Shown piece by piece: positions 49,252-62,764 of a stretch of 64,000 nucleotides of DNA; positions within the stretch are counted from its first letter, which is position 1; every line of letters starts with the position of its first letter. Origin of the DNA: Setoptus koraiensis (taxonomy: Eukaryota; Animalia; Arthropoda). Position numbers and translations under genes: made by a program. The DNA lies in NCBI GenBank assembly GCA_048013815.1, contig CM106586.1:17298001-17362000 (forward strand), in the 5' to 3' direction. The notes under the pieces were generated by a model. It saw only the letters and a list, made by a program, of their open reading frames with translations. It made no database searches and was not told where the DNA came from.

Positions 49252-51321
49252 TCAGCCTAGATGCAATTTACTTGTCAGCGTGTGTAGGCTAGATTTCAAT
49301 TTATCCAATATGCCCATAGGGCCCACGTAACGATCGCTCAATCCATTTGTGAATGTACCTAAGCCACCATAATAGTTTTGTAATTGTTGATAATTAAGAA
49401 CATGATTTGGCATTGCTCCCGTTGCTTGGCTCACTTGTTGTGCCCACCGTTCTCTATCATAATCCGCGTAGGTCATCTTGGGTCCCCCTTCTGGACCTTT
49501 CAATTGTAGATTTATGTATCCACCAGGAACGAATTCTTGTTGATAATATTGTTGATTATTTTTGCCGCCATACTGTTGTTTCTGATAATCGTTATGAGAT
49601 TCGGCTTGTTGTAGGCTAGCCATTTGATTGTTGCTATCGTATTGCTGTTGTTGTGTTTGTGATGATTGTAGATCATTTTGGTTGCCATTACTATGAGCAG
49701 ATTGACTATTATCTGAATTTTGGCTTTGCTGATCGTTACTTGAGGCTACCATAGGCTGCAGTTCGCTTGGCATCGATTGTGGCTGCTGTGAGTCCTGTTG
49801 TTGTTGTTGTTGGTTACTGTAGGTGGCAGAATTGGCAGATTGACCAGGATACATGTAAACGTTTTGTTGCTGCTGTTGTTGTTGTAGTTGGTGCTGTTGC
49901 TGCTTGTTAGCTGCCGATTGAAGTTGTTGCTGTTGGTGATGATGTTGCATAATATAGGCATTGATGAGTGCCTGTTGCTGAGGAGAATATTGGCTGTGTT
50001 GTGGTTGTTGCTGCTGCTGTTGCTGCTGTTCTATATTATTTGCATATTGTTGTTGTTGATTTTGGTTGGATGTCATCTGGGTGCTCAAATAATCTTGATC
50101 CATATTGGAGGTTTGTTGATTGGTCATTCCTGAATAGGTGGTCAAGTCTTGGCCGGAATCGCCTTGGCCCAACTGGGTGTGATGATTCTGAAAATGATGC
50201 ATATAACCGGGCCGGGTGTAATATTGAGTGCCCATATGCTGATAGGTGCTCGTGGGCGAGGGTGAATTTGAATCGGCGCTAGTGTAAGACGAGGACGAAC
50301 TAGACGGCTGATAACTGGACGGCTGATAGCCTATTGCTGACTCAAGACCTTGGTCTTGACCGCTCGTTTGGCCAGAGTAACCGGCGCCCGACGACGACGA
50401 GCCAGTATCTATTGTAGCATACTGACCACTGGTCATTTTGTCGCTAGCGTCCGATGGATAATTGGCAGCCGATTCTTCAGATGAGCGCGAGTTTATTTGG
50501 TCGTGATGCTGCCATAGGCTCCTTGCTCTGTGCATAGATCTGAGATTGTTCAACAGAGGCAACAGCGAGGGTAGTTGTTGTTCGTTGTGCTGTTGCCGAC
50601 GGTCCGGCGATCGCCGTTGAGCGAGCGCTGGCGAGTCGCCAATGATTGATTGTTGGTTGTTGTTATTGTTGTTTTTTGTTGCCACACTGCTGATTTTGGT
50701 CGAGTCGGCTGCACCGTCAATTCCGTCACTAAATTTGTTGCTCGCCTTATCCTCTGGCCTCTGCAAAATATCCTGTATGCTCTTTGGGTTGTCCGTCTGT
50801 TGTTGTTGTTGTTGGTGTTGTTGTTGGTGTTGCTGGTGATGGTGCGGTTGTTGTTCGAGCGACACTGGTTGCTGATAGTCGGTACTGGCCGCCGCGTACA
50901 ACTTTTGTGCTGCGACATTTCTGTTGTATTGCGAGGGCTTGTTGCTTTTCTTGGCGTACTGGTTGTCGTCTTGTACATCGGTTGTCTGAAAGAAGAAGTT
51001 ACTCTCGATGGGTTTCTTGCTCTGATAGTCGTCCTCTTGGGGATATTCCTCTTCCATTGGCAACTTTATCGGTATGTTGACGTCAATGTCAAACTTTGGC
51101 GGCCTCAATGTGCGATGCCTTCTGAATTCTGTGGGCAACAGAAGGGGCTTCTCGAACTTTAACGCTGGCAAAAACTTTGAATCAAAGGAGATTGTTTTGA
51201 ATTTTTTGTCGCCAGCTATGACGCTCGTCAGTATTAAACTTTGCGCCGATTGTAATAGGGTTACAAGGTGGACAATGGCCACAACTGTCAGCGACAACAC
51301 TAGTTGATTGTTGTTGAACAT
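49252..51321 (-). CDS. Uncharacterised secreted Gln/Ser/Tyr-rich protein (~690 aa)
   Basis: Long ORF; ATG at 51321 follows a probable 5'UTR intron acceptor (aattcag|gt); hydrophobic LVLSLTVVAIVHLVTLLQSAQS; poly-Q body; C-terminal NYYGGLG. Confidence 0.75.
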   Translation of the reverse strand: MFNNNQLVLSLTVVAIVHLVTLLQSAQSLILTSVIAGDKKFKTISFDSKFLPALKFEKPLLLPTEFRRHRTLRPPKFDIDVNIPIKLPMEEEYPQEDDYQSKKPIESNFFFQTTDVQDDNQYAKKSNKPSQYNRNVAAQKLYAAASTDYQQPVSLEQQPHHHQQHQQQHQQQQQQTDNPKSIQDILQRPEDKASNKFSDGIDGAADSTKISSVATKNNNNNNQQSIIGDSPALAQRRSPDRRQQHNEQQLPSLLPLLNNLRSMHRARSLWQHHDQINSRSSEESAANYPSDASDKMTSGQYATIDTGSSSSGAGYSGQTSGQDQGLESAIGYQPSSYQPSSSSSSYTSADSNSPSPTSTYQHMGTQYYTRPGYMHHFQNHHTQLGQGDSGQDLTTYSGMTNQQTSNMDQDYLSTQMTSNQNQQQQYANNIEQQQQQQQQPQHSQYSPQQQALINAYIMQHHHQQQQLQSAANKQQQHQLQQQQQQQNVYMYPGQSANSATYSNQQQQQQDSQQPQSMPSELQPMVASSNDQQSQNSDNSQSAHSNGNQNDLQSSQTQQQQYDSNNQMASLQQAESHNDYQKQQYGGKNNQQYYQQEFVPGGYINLQLKGPEGGPKMTYADYDRERWAQQVSQATGAMPNHVLNYQQLQNYYGGLGTFTNGLSDRYVGPMGILDKLKSSLHTLTSKLHLG

Positions 51322-51693
51322 GATGATGATTAGCAAGATCACCTGAATTTGATCACTTGATTATGCAATTGTTGTTATTCACTGTGAATGTGTATGTACG
51401 TTTATGTGAGAGTGTGTGTTTATTTAAATTAGCCACTGATGATTAATCTCGCTAGTTAATGGATAATGCGATTTCATTGTTGCTGCTTGCGTTGCATTTT
51501 GCTGCTTTTAACAACATGCCAGTGCTGATTTATGGTGCTTTAGGTCTTGCTGCTGGCTTAAATTAAATGCAATAACAAACGATCCGTCTCTCAAATGAGA
51601 CGACTAAAGGCCAAAGAGTAACTGCTTGCAGTTGCCCGACTGGTAGTGAGCGCGAGTTTGCACTGGCGCCGCCGATACTGCTGGCGACTCGCT

Positions 51694-51695
<2 letters not shown>

Positions 51696-51752
<57 letters not shown>
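51696..51752. repeat. (TG)n microsatellite
   Basis: Read directly. Confidence 0.95.
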
Positions 51753-51755
<3 letters not shown>

Positions 51756-52379
51756 AATCAAAAATAAGAATAGTCAGGTAAAAGGTTGCTCCCAATTTAG
51801 CCTAGCGACGCTGACCAGATGCCGCTGCTGCAGAGCCAGCGACAGGTAAAAAAGTTTGAATTTCATTTAAATCTGTCTTTCTGTCTATCGCCAGGCTTGC
51901 CGATACCTGTTCTGTTGTTGCCGTTTCTGTTGCTGCTTCTTTCAGGCCTTCAGTCGATGCTTCCAGTGATGATGGCCTCGATGATGGCTTCGGCGATGCT
52001 GCAACGGCAGCAGCAGCAGCAACAACAACAACAACAACGACTGTTATGTTGAATGACTGCTCTGACAGGCGGCAGCTTCTTCGTTCTTGTCTTTGCCAAT
52101 GAAGTTTTTCGCCGCTCACTCGCTCTTGTGCAACCACGATGTTGCCGTTTGTGCCGTTGTTGTTGCTGTTGTTGTTGCTGTTGCTTTTGTTGGCGCTGTT
52201 GTTGTCGGCGGCGATGTTGTTGGCGCTGCTGTCGATGTTGTGACGTTAATAATGTTTGGAATGTTTATAATGTTTAGAGTGTTGGTAGCGCTCGCAATGT
52301 TTGCAATGGGCAGCCGGGCGAACGGCGCTTCAGCCGAGATTTAATATGCCGATTCTCATGGCGCAGCTAGCAGGTGTAT

Positions 52380-52424
<45 letters not shown>
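52380..52424. repeat. (CA)n microsatellite
   Basis: Read directly. Confidence 0.95.
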
Positions 52425-52427
<3 letters not shown>

Positions 52428-52632
52428 GGATGACTGGCTTCGAAGGTTGGAGACTATTATGCAGCAATGATGTTTTATTAAACACAACAACAACAACAGC
52501 GACAGCCGCTATTTTTACTCAACAAGCTTGTGTCAACTGCTATTCTCCGCAACCAGTGGCCAGCATAACTGTTTTTGTTGCGGCAACAATGGTAGCTCAC
52601 AAGTAGTTGAGAATAACGGTAATACGACAAAC

Positions 52633-52667
<35 letters not shown>

Positions 52668-52909
52668 GCGAGACCGAACGGGGGACAGGACAACAACGAG
52701 ACGACTAAATAAGTAGAGAAGTAGAAACCGCCTCGATGATATCGATTGTCGATAATCGACAACATCATGAGACATCATCCAGCGCCTCGCAACTCGCCCA
52801 CTGTCATGACGGAGCCTGCCTGAAAAAATATTAAAAAGATATTTCTGTCTCCCTTCGGTCTCGCAACCGAGAGCCGTTATTGTGCTCAACAACGACAGCA
52901 GCAGCAGCA

Positions 52910-52911
52910 GC

Positions 52912-52968
<57 letters not shown>
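52910..52968. repeat. (AAC)n microsatellite
   Basis: Read directly. Confidence 0.95.
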
Positions 52969-52969
<1 letters not shown>

Positions 52970-53702
52970 GCGGCAACAAATATTCGCCAATGAAGCCATT
53001 GGAGCAAATGATTTTTATTATTATCTGTTGAGTCTGATGACCGACAACAACGGCAGCGGCAACAAGACCGAGACGACGACAGCCAATCGTCTAAATAAGG
53101 CGCACAATCAATCAACAATGGACAACAATTCTCCTCTTTCCACTTTTTCTGTCCGCTTCTTCTCTGGAGCTCTGGAGCTCGCTCGCTGGTCGGAGCTTCG
53201 AAGCTGCGGAGCTCTTCTCCTCTGCTTGGGCTCGCTTTCCTTTCACATGCCACCAACTAATCAGCATGAACACATCGTGTACTAGATTCTGTCTATTATG
53301 AGGACAGGTGAATGGTGGCACAAGGTCCACGCAACAGCGACGCCGACCATCTAGCCTCAACAAGCCGACGATCTAGCCTCAACAAGCCGACAGGCGTGCC
53401 TAGCGCTGCTCGATACTCGAAGAATGGCGGCCTTTGTTTTCTCAACTAAATTGTTGTAATACTTTCTGGCGCTGATGGCCACTCGCTGCTTGTGTGTGTG
53501 TGCGTTTAATTTTAGCTAATAAATGACACAAAGCAACGGCCATAGCAAAGCAAACAGGCCCAGTTTACGATAAACAATGAGCGCTCGTTATGTAATAGTA
53601 ATAATGATAATGATAACAAGTCGCCGTTGCGTTTGCTGTGCACGGCATGCGCCGAGCGACCGAATCAATTAGCTTGGCCCATTACACTTGGCACATTACA
53701 CA

Positions 53703-53785
53703 TGGCCAATAGTGGCCATAGTGAGACGACATATATCTGTATATATCTGTCACTATACATCTGTCGCTATGGCCACTATTGGCCA
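53703..53785. other. Perfect 19-bp inverted repeat enclosing 45 nt
   Basis: tggccaatagtggccatag (53703-53721) / ctatggccactattggcca (53767-53785). Confidence 0.85.
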
Positions 53786-56700
53786 CAGTGAGTCTCTGAA
53801 GCCCTGAGACGACTGATTGTCAGATTGCAGACATATTAATATAAATATATGTATTTGTCCTACAAATCTGCATGCATATTATGTGAACCTGTCACTTTTA
53901 TTGACAAGCGGCACCGTCCCGCGCTCTGGTTGGGTCGAGACCAGTGCCAATGGTGGTAGCTGGTGTGTGACAGGCAAATTGGCCCAATAGAAACTATAAT
54001 TTTCTACTTATTTATTTGCCATATTTTGCTCTGTATGAGCTGGCAACTTTTGGCCAGACACTTTCATCGAGACACTTTTGTGTCGGAGCTCATGTCGGAG
54101 CTTGTTTGTCTGTTTGTTTGTTTGTTTGTTTGCTTGCTTGCTTGCTTGTTTGCTTGCTTGTTCGGGCCGTCTAAGGCGAGACCGCTAGGGTTGGCATGTG
54201 ACCTACTATCTATGTGGCTATTTGTGTGTTTGATTTCATTGAAATCGATTGCGGTCGCAAAAAGTGAGCCGCACTTATTTCAGAAATGTTGCACCACTGA
54301 CCACACATTTGCTGCTCTGTCTGGCGTCAGTGCTGCTGCATCCAGATCAGATCCATTCAGACTCATGTACGGGCATCGATGCCGACGACACCCTCGTGAC
54401 ACCAGCAGAGAATTCGGACCAGGCCAATCCAGTCCAGGCAAACGGGCAAGCGAGGAGGGCGGCAAAAGTGTCGGTGGTGACCTTCTTGGTTTATTGGCGC
54501 ACATTGCGACAATATTCAGCTGGTCGATGGGCGCGCATCGATTGCGCGCCGCGCTGAGCTGCCAATGAAGCCGTCAGATGTGATTGGCACGGATCTGGCG
54601 GATTTGAGAAAAAGAAAAAGAACAAGAAGAAGAAGAGTTGCAATTAATTAAGCTAGCCTCTGAATAAATTGGCTGTACGATTGTATCGCGGCCGGCCATC
54701 GAGCCGGCAGAGGGACAGAGAGCGACAATCCTGTTACATAATGTGTTTGTGCATGTTGTTGCCGTTAAACAACAAGTTGTTGTAGTCAGACAGTGATTGT
54801 TGTTGTTGTTGTTGTTATCTTTGGTGCTAGCTTGTGAGCCGCTAACTTGTTTTTAGCAGCTTCTCCGTCAATAATGGTGCAAGCAGCACTTTGATATTGA
54901 CGATAGCTCGACGATGGCGAGCGTTGCTTCCATTTAGCTGATACTACAGCTGATACTATTAACCTGCTCGCAAGACTGCTGGCAAGACTAGTTGCCGGCC
55001 GACGGTAACTGCTAACGGTAACTACCACTAACCAACGGCAACTACGACTGCCAACAGTGAAAGTGATAAGGTAAGCGTTTGTTGGCTTGCTGCTGCTTAT
55101 CTATTCGCTTTCACTGAAAACGGCAGTTAAACAACGGCAACAAGTTGATATTAATCACTATGCAGACATATTGATGATATATATTTATATACATACATAT
55201 ATATTCTCAATAGCGAGGATATATTTGTATGTATATATATATATTTGAATGGCGTATATAAAAACTAGTTGCAGCAACGGATGGGAGTAGATTGGATGAA
55301 TGAAAGAATAAAGTAAATTATACTAGAAGTGGTTTAGAGCTATTGTAGCGCTATTAGAGAGAGAGAGAGAGCGAAAGTAGAATTTGGCGGGACTACGACC
55401 AACCAAAGAATATGACGCTGCTGGCTGACGATGCCCGCGATGACGCTGATGCCGATGATGATGATGATGATGACGATGGTGAAGGGGAAAGGGAAAAAAG
55501 GAGAGAGGAAATTAAAGATGCTTGTGTGTAGTCATGATTGATTTGTTCAGTTACTTTTTACCTTTTAAACTCTGACTCATAACGTTTAACGTTTATGCAG
55601 CCGGCCGAAACTCAACCAGACAAACTTTCACCTTTACTCTCTTCTTGTTTCTTCTTTCTCTCTCTCTCTCTCGCTCTCGTCTCATTGGTCTCGCCAATCT
55701 TGCCTTTCTTAATATAGATAGTGCTACTAGTGAGAGAGCGAACAGCATGATTATTAGCAGAGATTCACCGGCAAAGAGAGAGAGAGAGAGAGAGAGCGAG
55801 ACAGCGAGAGGAAAGGCTGTCGTGCCTTTGCTGGCTCCACTACCGCTGGCTAACTGCTGGCTAACCGGTGGCTAACTAACGGATGGAAGCCAGCTAACTT
55901 ATTGGCTATCTAACAAATAATAATAACAACAACAAGTAAAGCCAGCCAATATAATGTAAGCGGCAAACGGTATATTGGCCGTAATATTGATGCCGTAATA
56001 TCATATCAAGATGGCTAGACGACTAGACGGCCGGCCGGCTTGCCCGATTAATAAGTTTGCCGTGGTCGCTTCACAAAGCCGGCCGGCCGGCCGGCCAGCT
56101 CTAAAGGGTGGATGCAATCTCGCCGGCTCTCGCTTTCTCTTCGAGCGTTCGCAAGACGATCCATGTCATAATGGCGAGAGTGAGCGCATGATGACGTTTG
56201 CAGATTTAAACGCTGGAGAAACAAAATATTACGACCATAGTATCGTCGTCGTCGTCGTCGTCGCCGCCGCCGCTAATCTAGACTCATCCGAATAAAATTA
56301 AACGGGGGAAACGTCTCGCAACTGTATAACCCGGTGTGTGTGTGTGTGTATTCTCATTATTCACTGACTCCCCGGCTCACAACAAACTCATGCCGGCGTT
56401 GGGCTCAAATCGTTCAATGGTCAAGTGCTCATCAAGCCAAAAAGATTAGGATTAACGGCAACAACAACAACAACAACGACAACGACAACAAACTCTAAAC
56501 CAACAAACATTTGAGCGGCCATTGTTTGTGTCATGCGTGTGTGTGTGTGTGTGCGTGTGTGTGTGTCTTATCAGCACCGTTACACTTGTGATATCATCTA
56601 CCTCACCGGGCAATAGTAATAATCGTCATCGTAATAATAAGCAACAATAAGCGCTCAAAACAAACCGCTTTACACATAGTCGCACAACTTGACCAGTATC

Positions 56701-57192
56701 GTCGCCCAGATACTAGCTTGTGGGCCACCATTGGGCACTATCGTATGCCATTCGTCGCTAATTGTTGTTAATTCAAGACCACCACAACAACAACAATTGG
56801 CCAGCCCGAGCTCATTGACGTCACACAGTAGACAAGGCATCGAAGACATTATGCAACACACAATGTTATGTCACACACACAGTTCACATTAATTGATTGA
56901 TTTGCAGCATATGCGCCACAACAGAACACACATAGAACATACATAGCGATATCGTGCCAAAGATCGTGTGATCACATCATCACATATTATTTGTATTTTA
57001 TCGTAAAACGCACCACGAGCGCCACACAAGCCGGCCCGGCACGCTCATCACAGTGATTGATCAGCGCTCACTAATTGCGATCGATTTGTGCATTCACTCA
57101 TCATCAGTTAATTAGTTGCATTACCATTCAGACAAATATATCATGTGACAGAGGCGACAGCTTGACCCTTCCATCAGCGCGCCACACACAAT

Positions 57193-57250
57193 ACACAATC
57201 AGTAATACACAATCAGTAATACACAATCAGTAATACATAATCAGTAATAC
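57193..57250. repeat. 14-bp tandem repeat x4 (aatcagtaatacac)
   Basis: Read directly. Confidence 0.85.
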
Positions 57251-57414
57251 AATAATATATACTGCACAATTAATTACAATTGGCATCGTTGCAGTTGATG
57301 CAAATAATTGTGTCAATTTGTGTTCCACACTGAACAACACCAGCACCAGCACCAGCGCCAACAGCATCGGCAAACAGTAATCCAGTCAGCAAACAATAGA
57401 TCAGATAAGCAACT

Positions 57415-59291
57415 ATGTCAGTGATAACCTATTCACATAATCTGCTCTGGCTAGAGTGGATAACGTTCTCGTCCATGGTACTACTGTTCGGAGTAATTGT
57501 GTTGCGGTGTAGAGAGGGCCTACCAAATGTTATACATCGCATAGTGAAATATGGAAAATCGGCCAATGTTCAGGTCAACAGTGCCATATACAAATTCGAG
57601 ATACCAAAGAGGTAGGTGAGCGGCACAACGGTTGCCGCAACAGGTTGCATTGTTTGCTGTTTGACGAAAAATAGCTCGCATCGCATCAAGTGCAAACTCA
57701 ATGATGCAAACAGCAAAAAGTGACCAATAACAATCATCGATTGGTGCCATTCAATCAATAAATAATTATTAATAATTCATAATTAATAGTAAATATCAAT
57801 GTTTAAATATGTTCCATTCAATTCACTGTTATCATTGTTGCAACTGCTCAAACTACTAGGTACTTTTACCATTTCTACGTGTTTGCTTTAACAATGTACA
57901 CATCATTGGCCATATCAGCAATCAGGATCTATTTCAGCACGACACCAGCCGCACCATCAACAACAACAACAACAACAAGCCAACCGTCGCCATTCAATTG
58001 GCTTCTAGACAATCTTGTGGGCAAGTCTAGACACGCAACAGGTGAGTAGTTCTACAATGGCGCCAAGCAGCCCATTGCATTTATTGGCTGCCATATGTGA
58101 AGGCAAACATGATTTATCCAGACCATAAATGTTAGAGACAAAGTTAATATATGCATGAACATGGTATGCATCTGCATAATTTAATAGTTAATTATAGCCC
58201 TCATCATCGATGATTTATTGGCAGATCGATGCTCGCTACAGTCACGCCACACACATCCCAATGAGAGCTCATCATCATTGGCCCTATTTGTGCCACCTTT
58301 TTACCAATAATTCTCCTTGTTTGTCGGCCATATTACAAGCCTGAGGGCCCAATGCACAAACAAACGACACGGCGAAGAAAAAGCAAAACATACAAGCAGA
58401 CTTTCACCTGAATGCCTTGGGCAGTTGGCCCGAGATTCCATTTGAATTCCACGACGGATTTCCAGCATCTTGTTTGAATCACACAAACGCATTTAATTCA
58501 AATGATATTTTTCTTTTCTCTTCTTCTTCTATCTCTGCAAAACAAATTCTTGCATTTTAACAGTTGCACCAGAATCAGCGATGATTGGGCTAATACTGTT
58601 GATAATTCAGGTCACGAGAAGACTGTGCGAATGCACGATGCTCAGTGTATATTCAGAGGTTCGCATGAATATAATACACTATATCTTTGGTTACTCATTT
58701 TATTTCGGAGTTGGCATGTCAATGGTAGCAGAGGCTCCCGGTTTTACTAGCAGTGGTAAAGTATTGTTCACTTGTCCCAGTACCCGAATTATAACTAATT
58801 ATCCGCCACAACCAATCATTTAGTTAATTAATCACGACAACTCTCTCATAATCAACTTGGCCCTTGCAGATATCTCAAGCAGCCTTGCTTCGTCTTGGTC
58901 TAGGCCGGACAATTACAAATTTTTTACGCCGTGTCACATGATAGGAGTTGTATTGTTTCTCTATTCGTCCTACATACAATTTGAGAGTCATCAAATATTG
59001 GCCAATTTACGCAAGGACAAAAACGGAAAAGTGGTCACACATCAGCACTCTATACCTAGAGGGAGATGGTTCGAGCTTGTGTCGTGTCCGCATTACATGG
59101 CCGAAATATTAATCTATCTGTCAATATCAATAGTGTTAGCCGGACAAAGTAGAACATGGTGGCTGGTATTTTTATTTGTTGTTGTAAACCAGCTTGTGGT
59201 TGGAAAATTCAACCATGATTGGTATATTAGAAAGTTCGATAACTATCCAAAATCACGAAGAGCTGTGATACCGTTTGTAAAATGGTTGTAA
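57415..59291 (+). CDS. SRD5A3: Polyprenal/polyprenol reductase (steroid 5-alpha-reductase 3)
   Basis: Four exons 57415-57611, 57860-58041, 58564-58755, 58870-59291, GT-AG and in frame. Motifs KYGK, EIPKRYFYHFY, RRLCEC, HQILANLR, HSIPRGRWFELVSCPHYMAEILIY, NHDWY, YPKSRRAVIPF. Confidence 0.93.
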
Positions 59292-59357
59292 AAAGAAAGA
59301 AATAACATGATACGACAATAATGATGTGCAATGTTTCACTTGCTGCACCCGACCAAT

Positions 59358-59403
<46 letters not shown>
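59358..59403. repeat. (ATC)n microsatellite
   Basis: Read directly. Confidence 0.95.
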
Positions 59404-59404
<1 letters not shown>

Positions 59405-59945
59405 TGTCATTGTCATAGATATAGGAATTGATCTTTAAGAAATGATAATACACAAATATATAAAACAAACTATATATTTAAATTAAACAACGAACAACAG
59501 CAACAACATATTTAAATTGTATATATATTGTTGATGATGATGATATATATACATAAACATGTAAATGAATATGTGTGTGTATGCGTGTGTGTGTTTTTAT
59601 TGTATAATCTCAAACAATCAATAATAATCAAAGACATTAAAATATTAAACAAGTTACAAAACACATATCTTGCATAGAGCCTTGAATATCTGCTGGACAG
59701 AGGCCGCAAGACAAAGAAACTCACTGATCAAGTGGAAACACGACACAGAATTTGTTGGAGATAAATGGCATGTCTGATACCGCGCCCGATGATATAAAAA
59801 AAAGTCCCTGAACTAGGTCATGACTCCCGCTCGATACAACCTCAGCATCAATGCCAACTGATGATGCTGCTGTTGTCTACGATGTTTGAAGTTTATTATT
59901 CATAGATCATGATTTAATATTCACACTAATACTTTGCGATTGCTC

Positions 59946-61322
59946 TCATATCATTGGCGACAGTACTGCATGCGCCAATTGCTCATGTGCCTTAGGCAAT
60001 AGATGACCACATGCCGGCTTGACATTTGCCCTTGCATGACACACAGGACCTCTCATCTCAAGGCGATTCCAAGTCTTGGCCTTGCTAGCCATATTGGCCA
60101 ATGTGTCTGGATAATCTGGAACAGGCTTTCGGCCATGATAATCGGGCTTCTCCGGATAAAACTCGTCGCCTGTAACACATGTTAAAAATTGATAGAGAGT
60201 AATTAGTTAATTTAGCAAACAAATTCGAATAGAAGAACAGTCGATATCGAGTTGTATGTGTCACTCACCTGGCAACAGAGCTATAGCTCCGTCCTGATAT
60301 GTGGAAATTACCGGCAACCATCGTTCAATTCCTTCTGACTGACGTTCAATGGCAAATTGTCTTAGTGAATCAAATTCTGTAAAATTACACAATCTGGATA
60401 ACTCATACACTTGTGGAGGGGCAAGGAACACGTCCGCTGTCGAATGTTCATCCAACATTCCCGATGGTGTGCACCATTTAAGTGTTGTAACCTCCTCATT
60501 GTCGAGAACAACCTTAGGCTCAACCTCGAGAAAGCAAACATAAAACATTGTGTCACATCTCTTGTGACCCACACTGGTTGGTGTCAACCAATTCCACCAT
60601 TCATATAGGCACCATAAATGAGGACACAAATTTGTTTCCAAGCACAATTCTAAAAACATTGCAGGATCCTTTCTAATTTTATCTCTCCACATGGACAGAT
60701 TGACATTGACATTGTCGCGATCAGACAATGGCTGATATGAATCGGCGTCGTCGCCCGGACGTGTCAATAGTAGCACGCCCGTCTCCTCAAAAGTCTCACG
60801 TAATGCCGATATCCTAAAACCAATATCAGCTGGCAGGAAATTCTCAGGATGTGTAATGTTGGAAGCATTCTTTAGGATGGTTGGGTTAGTGATTATGGAC
60901 GGCCTTGGGCCAGATATTGATTGTGAAAAAACAGACATGTCTTCGTGCGTTAAATTGAATCTCTTGAATAAATCCCACCACCTAGAAGAGAAATCGGCTA
61001 GCTCGGCTCTGCCGCCAGGAAATACGTAAGCAGAGGCTAAAAATGAGCTCAGTCCGCTACGTTTTACCATCATCACCCTGTAGTCAATGTTGGACGGTTT
61101 GGTTGTTGTGTTCGAGGTAACTTGCTGTTGTTGTTGTTGGTTGTTGTCTGGTGAATCGTGGCTCGTGGGCAAATTTATACTTGCTCCATTGGACAATCTA
61201 TGAGTGGTCACGTCGTCCATAACTGTGGATTTGATTATGGTGTTGTCCGATTGGATTGTTCCTCTTATCGAAGATCTGGTCACTATGATCAGAGAGGATG
61301 CCTCTCTCCACACTTGCTGCAT
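59946..61322 (-). CDS. NUDT19: Nudix hydrolase 19-like acyl-CoA diphosphatase, copy A
   Basis: Exons 61322-60269 and 60169-59946 (99-nt GT-AG intron). Motifs WREASSLII, AYVFPGG, ALRETFEETGVLL, WWNWLTP, FLAPPQVYELSRL, LLPGD. Confidence 0.9.
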
Positions 61323-62764
61323 TTTGACTGTCCTCAATAATGATAATAGTTATAATAATAATGATGAATTGTCGAGGCGTAGTATCAAATATGGGCGCCA
61401 ATAAATATGCACTCGTACATATATATGTGTGTGTAATACGTGATATAAAAAAGATGTGTAAACAATGATAGTAATAATAAAAAATAATCGAAGAGGTATC
61501 GATACAATCTTGGTGCGATATCAGTGCTGGTGTTGATTAAATTGAAACGATCTGCTGCGCCACCAATTTCCTACTGATAAGAAAGCCAACTGATTATTGG
61601 CAGTGCCACTGCCACTGAATATACTCAACTGGCTAACCAGACGGCGAGTTTGCTAAGGTGATGGTCGGTGGCGTTGGTCGTGCTAGGCGAGGACAAACAT
61701 CATATCATTGATATCCGTTTGTTGTTGCTGTTGTTGTTGTGAATTTAGTTAGCGACTGTCTAATTATATGTGTGCGATAGTATGAAGAGAATGAGTCACA
61801 CCAAGAAGTTATTAACAAAGTTGGGAAATCCTGTGTGTGTGTGTGCACTTGCAAGACATTCTCTGGCTTCTTCAGGCTTCTTTAGAAGCCAAAAAATAAG
61901 CTGACTGGTGTACGGACGAGGGTGTACGGATAGGTACGTCAACAACAGACGCAACAGCAGCAATAACAGCAACAACAAGCGACAGCTCAAACGACCGACG
62001 ATAACAACAAGTTGTTCTTGTTTCTCTAGCCGTGGGCCAACACACAACGACTGAAGAATGTTGTTGTCGTCGTTCCTCTTCTTCGTTCCTATTCAAAGGC
62101 TTCTTCTATCAAAAGGCACATTCGATTCTTTCTCTCTCTCGCTGTCTCGTTCTTTCTAGCTTGCCGAGCTTTATACCGACTCTGTGAACTGCTGTGTTTA
62201 GGACTCACTCACAAGCTACTAACACAGAGACTAAAAAACAACACCAACAACAACGACAACAAGCGGATAGCATTGATAAGATGTTTGTCCTCGCCGAGCG
62301 CGGCCACCTCCACCACAACAACTTGAGAGAGTGAGACAGACAGATAGGCTAACTGACAAGCTAGTTTCATGTGTTAGTAGTCCACACTAGACCAGTCCAA
62401 GACAGGACAACACATAACAAGCTAGACAGCGGGACAAGCTGGGCAAACGCAGTGACTGGTGGCGCAGCAGATCATTTCGTTTTCATTCGCTTGATATCCA
62501 CCATTATCATCATTAGAGCTCATCATCATCACATACGTCATCATCATTACCTTATCTATTGTATCCTCAAACATTTGTTTGTGTATATATTATTACAACC
62601 CTTACTTATCTATTATATTGTCACTATAATATTATTTAAGAAATATTGTTGCTGCTGAATTACATACATAATAGCTACAACATAATAGCGGCAACAGTTT
62701 AAATAGCTTGCCAATTCAATTAATTCTACTGAAGATCAAGAGCCTCATAAATAGTCATAGAAAC

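Noticed and set aside
51802-53363. Poly-C, poly-V, poly-L and poly-T ORFs
   Set aside because: Translations of trinucleotide microsatellites with no supported start or homology.
61598-61650. tggcagtg...caactggctaacca, reminiscent of miR-34
   Set aside because: Does not match the mature miR-34 sequence or form the proper hairpin.
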